A DNA stretch of 63,973 bases, filler included, from Klebsormidium nitens (lineage: Eukaryota; Plantae; Klebsormidiophyceae): assembly GCA_000708835.1 (NCBI GenBank). It is 7 parts of 7 records of this genome, joined end to end, with 100 filler letters (N's around TTAATTAATTAA, not from the genome) between each part and the next. Parts side by side here need not be neighbours in the genome. Positions count along the whole stretch, not along the records: positions 1 to 29,944 come from DF237535.1; 6 more parts are not named here. The stretch is one strand, 5' to 3'. The notes beneath the pieces are model-generated. The model was not told the origin of the DNA. It searched no databases and worked only from the letters and a program-made list of their open reading frames with translations. How positions within the stretch are numbered: the first letter of the stretch is position 1; every line of letters starts with the position of its first letter. A program made the translations under genes and the position numbers. This document shows positions 13,820 to 22,232 of this stretch, one piece after another.

Positions 13820-15480
13820 GAACCTTTTCTTTGTGCCGCTGTCTTTCTTCTCGTGCTGTCTTCAGAAAACAAAAGCAAATTCTGATCAGGTGAGATGTGC
13901 AATTGCGGCTACCTTGAGGCTGCCTAAGTTTCAGGAGAGAAGGCCCAGACGGTTCCCCGTTGGGCTAAACCGCTCATTCATGAAGGGGGACGCAAATTAA
14001 TCAGAGTGAAAATATGCCGGATGCCTTTAGACTCTGAAAGTCCTGCGTTTGTATTCCAACTATTATTTTTCCACTGAGTTTCGGAAGCGGACTAGAATGG
14101 GTCCCCTCGACTCCGCTGCGGCTTCCATTGGAGCCGCAAAGCCTTTCGTACGCACGAGCAGACTCGCCGTCGGGACTGCGCACACCTGCACACGGTGACG
14201 GTCTCGTTCGGAGGATCATTTGCTTGAAGCTTCTCAAATTGAAAAGGTACTACAACGGGGGGCCGCTTGCCGTAGAGATTTGCACGCTCAACAGCAGTAT
14301 CAAAGTGCCACTCATTTTGGAACAGACGTTCCCCAGCTTTGGACGGCTTGTGTGAAGGAACTTGGAACAAATATCAAGCTGCACGCTGAGATGCTCAGAA
14401 GCATGTGCCTTCAAATCGTAATTTAGCCCTTCATAAGTTGTCGGCTGTGCTTAAATAGCTCCTTGCAAAGACTGAGAGTCAAAGCACCGTCTCTCAGTTC
14501 TTGTCAAGTTTTTTGCTCGGAGCCTGAGCCATCCATCTGCGCGACATGACGTGTGACTTGACGTGCATTGCAGCGGGCCACACGCGTCGACGCTTAGCAG
14601 CTTTTCTGAGATTCACATGTGTAACGTCGCGCTTCTGATCACAGCTCGGGAACGGCCTTGGAAGATTCTGTGCTTGTTGTTCCGGCCTTGAAGGTTCGTT
14701 GCTTACGTTCAAAAGGATCTAACTGCACGTCCTGAGCTCGAAGGTTCAATTGTGTCGATGCGCAAGATCCAGAGCCTGCCTCGTGCGAGCTGACTCTGTC
14801 CGCGTCTTCCAATTGGTCCTCATTATGCACGGGTTCTGAAGATCTGGACCCGTGGCCTGCTCCAGAAGGGCGTAGCTCAGTCCGAAGCGGCTATTCGATC
14901 TGAAGCCCCTCACGTGCTTACGTTTGTAGGCGCGAATAGTGGTGGCACCAAGTAGCAAACTGGGTTTGAGCGCTTGTGATGTCGAGCTATCGAGATCCAT
15001 GCTCAAAGCAATACTTTTTCAAGGCGGGCATTGGCGGCGGTCCCGCAATCTGCAGAACGCAAAGGTTGCTCTTTGAGCGCCGTGATGTGCTCGCTTTGGT
15101 TTCAAGTAGCCAGGTCTCTTTAATCCAAAGCGCCCCGGTGAAAGGACGGTCTGCTCTGCTGAAGGCTTGTGATTCCGGTTGGCTCCTGATTACACTGTGC
15201 TTGCACTGGTTTCATCTGACTGATGGACCTCTTCAAGCGTTGTCTAGTACCGTTTTGTGCGAAATTTTCTGCCCCAAAAGTGAGTCCTACCGTGGATCGC
15301 CCTCAGTCTGTATCCGAGACGTCCTCTGCAATTCGTTACTGGGCGGCCTCGTCACGAAACAGCCCAATCGCGTTTCAGGCCCTTCTGCAATCAAAGACGT
15401 ACTGAGATTGCCCTTTTCGAGCAGCCAAGCCTTGCAAAGTACAATTTCTGCCAATTTGGCCTTGGACGTAGTATGGTCTT
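13820..15480. repeat. Copy IV of the decayed repeat family
   Basis: Same ordered anchors as copies II and III. Directly in tandem with copy III. Confidence 0.8.
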
Positions 15481-15969
15481 AATCATGTCTGGCAAAGAAT
15501 GTGGTACTACTTGTGGCCTTGCATGATTGACTCGCCAATGAATGTTGCAATGACGACAGCTGATACTAACTATACTAGCTTGGTTCGGCGAATAGCCCCA
15601 TCCCGGCCTAGATTGCGCTCGTGCCTCTAGCTTATATCGTATGTGCTAGCTCTGGTACCTATAGTGAGGGCCTACACTCTGCCGGCAACATTGGGAACAT
15701 GTATTTCGAACATGTGTCCGACTTTCGTACACCGCCGTTGCCGCCATCAGCCCCCACCGTCCAGAATCTCTGGCTTGTTGGGTCCCTTATCAATCGGTGC
15801 TGGCTTTCCTGGTTTTTTACTTCTCAGACGGTTTCGCTGCAAAGTACGTCTGTGTGCCAACTCTTCATGATCGAGTGAGCCAGAAACAATGTTGCGCAAG
15901 CGGGTCGCGCATCGACCACCGCAAGGGCTGCCAAATGGGTTGCAAGCTTTCGCAGTCCGTTCTTCCATT

Positions 15970-16310
15970 GGCTTCGTAACGGCTGGGGGCTTCTAGAATC
16001 TATGCGTGGGGTCCCGACATGGAGTCCCACTGGCAGCTGATGACTTTCTTGAGATCGGAGCCCAAGCCTGAAGGTTTGATCGTGGTGCCCAAACAACAAG
16101 ATTGACAAACAAATTCGTGATGTGTAGCGAAGTGTTTCGAGGATCTTTGGAAGGCTTCGCTCCTGCATGTGGTGCTGGAGAACGGCTATGAGCGACAGGA
16201 TCAGGCTGGGCTGCTTTTGGTAAAGGTCAAAAGCCCATGGGCTGATAGCGAGACCGGATCGTAGACTCCTGCCATCAGTGGAATGTATTGTAGGAATTGA
16301 TTTCGACACA
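15970..16310 (-). pseudogene. Degenerate relic related to the 265-aa viral-cluster ORF at 21146-21943
   Basis: Encodes GLAISPWAFDLY versus GVGLDPWAFDLY in the intact ORF. Across PWAFDLY the nucleotides differ only at third codon positions (ccatgggcttttgacctttac vs ccctgggcgttcgacctctat). Similarity outside the motif is weak. Confidence 0.45.
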
Positions 16311-16573
16311 CGTTGTTTTGGAGCACGTACTGTTTGTCTTCACGCTTGCATGCGAATTTTGCGCGTTTCTTAATTTGCGGGGCCGCTTACACTCGTGGGC
16401 GTGGCTCAATTTTTATCACCTGACTGCACGGAGTTGAGGTTCCTGCATTACTTGACGTGGCAAAATAGCTTGTCGTCAACCTCACCAACTCGCGGGGATC
16501 ACAGCAGAGACAGCTCCAGATTATCGACTATCGCACCTTTGCTTGGTTGCTTGAGCACGGCTCGGGAGGCCTC

Positions 16574-16657
16574 CTTTCCTTGACGTCTCGGGTATGAGCA
16601 TTGATAGTTAAGAGGCTTTCCTTAACGTCTCGGCTATAAGCATTGATAGTTGAGAGG
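16574..16657. repeat. 42-bp tandem duplication (2 copies)
   Basis: CTTTCCTTGACGTCTCGGGTATGAGCATTGATAGTTAAGAGG followed by CTTTCCTTAACGTCTCGGCTATAAGCATTGATAGTTGAGAGG. Reads LxTINAxxRDVKE twice on the minus strand. Confidence 0.9.
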
Positions 16658-18363
16658 CCAATCTTTCAAACGACGGTGCCGTCCAGCATCTGTGAATTTA
16701 ACTGAACTGTTCATTCGTTTACGAAGCCAATTGTCAATCCCGCTCCTAAGTTGGACCTTTAAAGCGAAGCGAGATTCAAGGCCCTCATTTTCAAGGTTCA
16801 AATACTCCTCACATGCACATCACGTGTGCCTTCGATTTTTTTCGTTGGATGGCCCGCTGGGATGCTTTTCGATCCGCGCCGTCGGATGTGTTCCAAGACC
16901 TTTATCCTCGTAGGTCGTTTAGAAAGTGAAACTCACACATGCAACTTTAGAATGATTAAGTCAGTCCCGGCTTCTAAATAGTCAACTCGAACCTCTGTGC
17001 CTGGACAAAAGATTGGAGAAAGGCGGACTCTGCAGATCTCTTTGCCGATGGCGGTAGGCAATCTCTTTCAGTCGTATGACTCCGATACGATAAAGAAGCT
17101 GGAGACCAGATGGCAACTGAGTTTCATTCCGTCAATGCTTCAGACAAGTGCTCGACATAGTCAAGAAGCACAGCAGATCTGAGCTGAGTGCCTCACCAAA
17201 ACATTTTGCGCGGGCATGGGTTTCTCACTTTGTTGCATAGATGTTCCCACTGAGTGCCGTCCAGTGAAGCTGTGCTCCAGTAAACAAAGACATCGTGTGC
17301 TACACTGGTGCACTTGGGGGCAGTCCTGGTGCACTCTAAGTTAAGCGGCTATGATGGGAGAACTTTCAATTTCGGCCGTATTCGGTCACTCCGGGCTTTA
17401 GGAGGACTCGCGGAGCCGCATTCCACGCGCATCCCTCTGGCAACAGCTGACTTAATACATCGTTGGTACCGGAGTGGGAATCCTCAAGCACAATTATTAT
17501 ACAATAGGCCTCAAGGGAAGCTTCCCTTAAGAGCCCAAGCTCGAGCGTAGAGGGTAAAAATCAGGATACACCGTAACTTGCTGGAGTGACTCGAGAATTG
17601 GAGTGAGTTGCGCTAACTTTCTGAAGCTGTCACCTTGGTACAAACCGCTTTCGATTTGCATGTTGTTGGCGGCAGTAAGAAGGGGGCACGCTACCAGTGG
17701 GTGGTCGTGTTTTGTCAAAGCACAAGAGTTCAGGCACGTGTGGAAGCAGAAAGGCCGTTATTTCATCATCAATCGGGTGCGACGCCGATTATGAAGTGTT
17801 TGCATTGTTCACCAGTGACGGGAGCATGGTTGTCCGCGCAGGGTCTTGCGTTTTATCCACGCTTAAGGACTGTGCGACCGGGCGTGCTTCTAATATTGAT
17901 TTTCCTGAATTGCCATGCGCTGCGATGTCCAAGCGACGGTCCCTTTTTGCTATCAAAATGTTTGGATATCTGCGGGCGTGAGCTTTTTCCACCGGACTTT
18001 ACTGCGTTTGAAGCTGTGTCCATGATGACTTGACGTGGCGAGATGCAATTTCGTCAAGAACTGCTTCATTGGAAAGCATCAGTAAGGCAGAGGCGGCTAG
18101 CTCACCAATTATCGAGATTTAGCAAGGCTTGCTTTGGTCGATCAAGTACAATTGGGAGGTGTCGACTTTTTTGTCTCGATCGGCTTTGAGCATCGAGAGT
18201 TGTGAGGCGAGTTCCGCAGTCCAACTTGAAGGTCGCGGCGAGCTACAGATGCAGCTTGCCAGGTCGAGTACGCGCTTGGCCTTAAAGTTTTAAGTGTGAA
18301 CCTGTGTGCCTCGACTAGAGATGGGAGTCCGTCGCCTGGAAGCGCCCAGCTGGCGGCCACTAA

Positions 18364-20883
18364 TCAATTAATTACGAGAGTGGGCTCATCTTTGAACTTG
18401 CTCTCGACCACCGCCATCTCCGCAACCCGGTCGAAGGTCTTGATCAGGTAGCCCAGGCGCTTCGTCTGGTTGAGGATGCAGCTGAACACTCGGATCTGTA
18501 AAAAGGGGATCAGACCGCGTAAAAGTTCGAGAGTGCCTTCTTGTAAGGCGACTCTTTGTGTGTCTTTCGCTTGACCTGCCGTTTCGCTGGTTCCAGCTTG
18601 ATGGTCTTACGCGAGATAGTAGGCTTCGGTATATATGGCATGTAATGCTTCGCCCCTGGGTCGAAATATAGATGGAATGCGTTCACTCGGCCCCTTGTGT
18701 TCGCGGTGTCGAACTCGCTCTCGCCCCCCGACTTTATGTGCACCACGATCTTAGCTTTGAGGAGCGCACTCAGAGCTATTAGTTCCGTGTTGCCTGCATA
18801 TGTGGTGGTCCTACTCATGACTCGCTTATAAGAGGGCCCGTCCTTGATGTTCGCCTCTCCGTCTACGTTGTTGCTCGCGTATTCGTTGAGAATGAGCTCG
18901 CCGCCGGTCAGGTTGCCTCTTATCCCCCCTAGAGGAGTTCTCATATGTCCGATGACGTAATCTACGGCAGCCTGTCTGAGCTTCTTGGAATTCCGGATGA
19001 TATACGTTCTGCTGAGCGTCGTCACGTCTACGCCCTTTGCCGCTAGAGATGCCAGGAGTATGCTGTGAAAGAGACAACTGCCGTCCCCAGGCACGTGCAT
19101 CAGTTTGAAAGTGGGTGGAACTTTGGAGCTGGACTTCCGCACGGGACCCCCTCTCTGATGCGACGCGCACCTATCTGAAGATGGAATCTTTACGCAGGCT
19201 GCACGCCTCTTGCAGTGTGCATCTTTGCGAGTCTTGCCCGTGCAACGTTCGCACGCCATGCTTCCTGTATTAAGCTCATGGAAATTTTCGGGCACTCGCC
19301 TGTTGGCCTCTGTGAAGCAGATAGTCGATGGGTACGAAGGTGGCCTTGGACATCTCGATCTGGTCGAAAAGGAGGTTGAGCTTGTCCGACAGGCGGAGCG
19401 GCAGCGCCGTGTCCTGGACGCAGTACCTCGCGATCTCTGCGATTCCTTCCGGCGTCCCCTGCTCGAACAGTTCGAAGAGCCGGCGGATGGGCATGTCGTT
19501 CTTGTGCTCGTTCAGGGTGACGGAGGCCACGTTTTCCAGGCTGTAACTGTCTAGCTTGTGCGACCGCTTCACGGCCTGCATGAGATCCAGGTCCAGGATC
19601 CCCTGCATGCTGACGAGGAGGAACTTGTTGAAGCCGAACGCTGCGGACTCCAGCTGTTTCTCGCTCAGCGTGCTGGGGACTCCTTTCAACCTGCCGACGT
19701 TAACAGGGACGCCGGCCCGCCGCGCAGACTTGTACAGAAAGTTCCAATCAAAGCCGTAGCCGTTCCAAGAGTAGATGACGTCCGGAGACTCATTCATCAG
19801 GAGGCGCTGCCAGGCCATGATGACCTCTCCTTCGGAGTCGTAATTCTCCACCACGACCCCTTCGATCGGAGCGCAGTCTTTGAGCGTGATCACGTGCCTC
19901 AGGTAGGGTTCTTTCTGGCCGTACACCTTGAAGGTGCTGCCGATGGTGATGGTCCGAGCTCCTTCGAAGGAACCCTCCGGAAATGAGCCGTCTGTGGTGT
20001 AGGCCTCTATGTCGAAGCTGCACTCCACCAGAGGCGGGATCTCAGCCCCTTGTCCTGCCTCCGTACGCTTGGCTCGGATGGCCGTCTGAGGGATGAGGAA
20101 CTCCAGGTCGCACGTGGACACCTGTCGAGCCTTGTCGACAGGTTTGCGTCCTCCGAGGTCGATGGTGTGCCAGCCGCATGGCAACGAGCCCGTCTCGTGA
20201 AAGAATTGGATGACTGGGGGCACGTTCGCTTCGTAGAGCGCGAATCGATGGGGGTCTCTCTTCAGCACCCACACGTTCAGTGGCTTCTTCTGTAGAGCGT
20301 ACTGGCACTGCTTCAGCGCCTTGTCCGAGGTGACTTGGAGCTTGTAGAAGAGGAAATCCTTGTCTCCATGGTAGCCTGCACGAAAAACGCACTCCTTTCA
20401 GTAATGCAAAGAGCAGGAGGGTATCTTTGATGACAACCAGGTATCGGCACCAGCACGCTAGCTTTGCCACTTTGCTCATGCGACTTCAGGCCTAGCATAG
20501 AACTTCTTGCTTCGCAGAGAGGTGACTCTTGCGATTCCTCCGTACGCCCGCCCGTTGATCGACAGGTAGATTCTTTCTGCAGTGGCGGTGGACTCCGCAT
20601 GGCCCCATCCTTCGGGAGCCTCCAGGTACAGTGCAGGGGCGAACGGTATGCGCAGGCACACGCTCTTGCCCTCCGCCGTCCGCCCGTACATGTAGATGAA
20701 GCACTGCTTAGCCGTGTCCTCCGCGTATGCAGCCCCGCCGTAATCATCAGGATGTTCGTCGTCTCGTTTCTTGTAAGATTGGATGAGGTCTATACAAGCT
20801 TTGAAGCGCTCGTGGTTGGCTGCTGCTTTGGTAGGGTCCATGTCTTCGTCTCGAGCATCGGTGGTGAGCATGAAAACCTCCAT
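18364..20883 (-). CDS. polB: Family-B DNA polymerase, viral type, spliced and 3'-truncated (N-terminal plus 3'-5' exonuclease region only; 531 aa if spliced)
   Basis: Exons 20883-20496, 20375-19300, 18495-18364. Motifs: YMYGRTAEGKSVC; KKFY-G|G-YHG across intron 1; ExoI SFDIEAY; ExoII WNGYGFDWNFL; YSLENVA; ExoIII YCVQDTALP; LHRGQQ|IRVFSCIL across intron 2. Homology ends at KFK (~18391), before the polymerase motifs. The intron 1 donor reads CT (G|CTAGGC); the intron 2 donor is GC (CAG|GCGAGT). Confidence 0.9.
18510..19259 (-). CDS. OTU-family cysteine protease/deubiquitinase with N-terminal C-x-C-x-C-x-H finger (249 aa), nested in polB intron 2
   Basis: ATG at 19259. VPGDGSCLFHSI carries the catalytic Asp/Cys, followed by YAGNTELIALS and C-terminal KHY (catalytic His). 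N-terminal CTGKTRKDAHCKRRAAC...CASHQ resembles fingers common in giant-virus proteins. The ORF lies wholly within 18496-19299. Confidence 0.9.
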   Translation of the reverse strand: MACERCTGKTRKDAHCKRRAACVKIPSSDRCASHQRGGPVRKSSSKVPPTFKLMHVPGDGSCLFHSILLASLAAKGVDVTTLSRTYIIRNSKKLRQAAVDYVIGHMRTPLGGIRGNLTGGELILNEYASNNVDGEANIKDGPSYKRVMSRTTTYAGNTELIALSALLKAKIVVHIKSGGESEFDTANTRGRVNAFHLYFDPGAKHYMPYIPKPTISRKTIKLEPAKRQVKRKTHKESPYKKALSNFYAV

Positions 20884-20920
20884 GGTCGAAATGATGGGAA
20901 TCGACGGCTCCGATCTCCTG

Positions 20921-20928
20921 TTTATATA
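20921..20928 (-). promoter_or_regulatory. TATA box of polB
   Basis: TATATAAA on the minus strand, about 38 nt upstream of the ATG at 20883. Confidence 0.5.
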
Positions 20929-20969
20929 CTGTGGTAAGATCGTCCGAAACTTTTGAACGCTTGAAGCTG

Positions 20970-21090
20970 CCCGTCTTAAATCGGACGGTAGCTAAACCTG
21001 CCCTCTGTCTTATTTCGGACGGGGGTCAGAAGTGCCCCTGTCGATTTTTCGGACAGGGATCCATGTGACCCTCGCGTAGTTTCGGACGGG
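20970..21090. repeat. Four ~34-bp tandem units, each an imperfect palindrome around TCGGACRG
   Basis: TCGGAC at 20981, 21015, 21049, 21082 (spacing 34, 34, 33). Stems CCGTC/GACGG, CCCTCTGTC/GACGGGGG and CCCTGTC/GACAGGG; the fourth is weak. An inverted half-site TCGTCCGAAA is at 20940. Confidence 0.85.
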
Positions 21091-21095
21091 TGGTG

Positions 21096-21103
21096 TATAA
21101 ATA
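21096..21103 (+). promoter_or_regulatory. TATA box of the 265-aa ORF
   Basis: TATAAATA about 43 nt upstream of the ATG at 21146. Confidence 0.5.
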
Positions 21104-21145
21104 GGATCACAGTCTCGGCACTTTCCTAAATGGAAGACTCCAAAG

Positions 21146-21943
21146 ATGGACCCCGACGCAGTAGCTTCTCTGCTAGACGTGCTGACTGCGCGCATCAGCG
21201 AACTCGAGGTTCAGACGAGGATTCTCTGCGAATTCCATACTCTCCAAGAGTGCCAGAAGCAGGGTTGCTTATTTCCTCAGCTCTTGGGGTCGAAAGCAAA
21301 GGCAGTCCGAAAGCACTATGCCGGGTCCACCAAGCAGCACGTCTTGGTGAGTTTCGATCATGGGGGCGTCGGGCTGGACCCCTGGGCGTTCGACCTCTAT
21401 GTCAGGTTCCTGAATGGCGAGTTTTTGGAAGTGACTACGATGGCGGTCAGGAATATGATATTGGCGTTGGAGGCCATGACTTCCGACGCTGGTGATAGGC
21501 CGCATTGGTACGATGTGCATAGCGGCGAGTTCAGCCCGCACACCTACGTGAGGAACGAGATAGTGTCCAGGATCGTGACGTTTCCGTTCCCTGAAGTGGT
21601 CGCTTTCGATGGTCTGCTGAGGAAATTCGTGCTCAGCTTCGATGAGGCGACTGACGTACGAGAGATTTGCTTCATGATTGAGCACATCCTGGAGTTTCTG
21701 GGCGAGCGCGTCGAAGAAGATGCTCTGGATATTTTCGAAATCGCTCCGGAGGTGGCGCGCGTGGCAAACATGCTTCTTGCGGGCGATTTCGTGAGAGGGG
21801 AGGAAGAGGACCAAATCTGGGACGAGGTGGCGTTCCAGATGCGGTTCAGAAGCTCCTCGAGCCGCCGTAGGCTGAGGGAAGAGATAGAGAGTGTGTTGAA
21901 AGCAGACTGCGGGGTAGCCTCGCATTCGGGCGGACCCGACTGA
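21146..21943 (+). CDS. Hypothetical acidic protein (265 aa) in the viral cluster
   Basis: Long intact intronless ORF with a TATA box and protein-like composition. No family recognised. Confidence 0.75.
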   Translation: MDPDAVASLLDVLTARISELEVQTRILCEFHTLQECQKQGCLFPQLLGSKAKAVRKHYAGSTKQHVLVSFDHGGVGLDPWAFDLYVRFLNGEFLEVTTMAVRNMILALEAMTSDAGDRPHWYDVHSGEFSPHTYVRNEIVSRIVTFPFPEVVAFDGLLRKFVLSFDEATDVREICFMIEHILEFLGERVEEDALDIFEIAPEVARVANMLLAGDFVRGEEEDQIWDEVAFQMRFRSSSSRRRLREEIESVLKADCGVASHSGGPD

Positions 21944-21975
21944 AGAAGCTTCTTAGGGTAGTCGCCCAACAGGAA

Positions 21976-22185
21976 TCATCGCAGAACTCTGTCCATAGCT
22001 GCTCTTAGGTCAGCCAACTCCAGCATATGAGCGTTCCCAGTACGTTGGATGGCCTGTTGCCTTGCACTTTGTATGACTTTAGTGAGATAACAAACGATGG
22101 AATCGTCCAGAGCCTTGTATTGAGCCTGGTTCAGCTTTTGACCGACCAATCCCTCCACCGCACGTTTCGAGATCTTTGCAGGCAT
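21976..22185 (-). CDS. Tail-less histone H4-like histone-fold protein (69 aa)
   Basis: Aligns by eye to the H4 core: ISKRAVEGLV ~ ITKPAIRRLA; YKALDDSIVCYLTKVIQSA ~ YEETRGVLKVFLENVIRDA; LADLRAAMDR ~ AMDVVYALKR. Confidence 0.75.
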   Translation of the reverse strand: MPAKISKRAVEGLVGQKLNQAQYKALDDSIVCYLTKVIQSARQQAIQRTGNAHMLELADLRAAMDRVLR

Positions 22186-22232
22186 CTATCGAGATATATA
22201 TGTTTCATAGAATATTTGTGTGCCTAGGGCGG
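22186..22232. promoter_or_regulatory. 47-bp bidirectional promoter between the H4-like and H3-like genes
   Basis: Divergent ATGs at 22185 (-) and 22233 (+). Contains a symmetric TATA-like run, GATATATATG (22193-22202). Confidence 0.55.

Noticed and set aside
19265-19299. Alternative short splice fusing the PolB exonuclease to OTU
   Set aside because: The AG at 19266-19265 would give a 35-nt intron and leaves the OTU ATG 5 nt downstream, out of frame.
20970-21090. CRISPR-like repeat-spacer array
   Set aside because: The period is only ~34 bp with ~12-nt variable parts, the repeats are degenerate, there are no cas genes and the context is eukaryotic.
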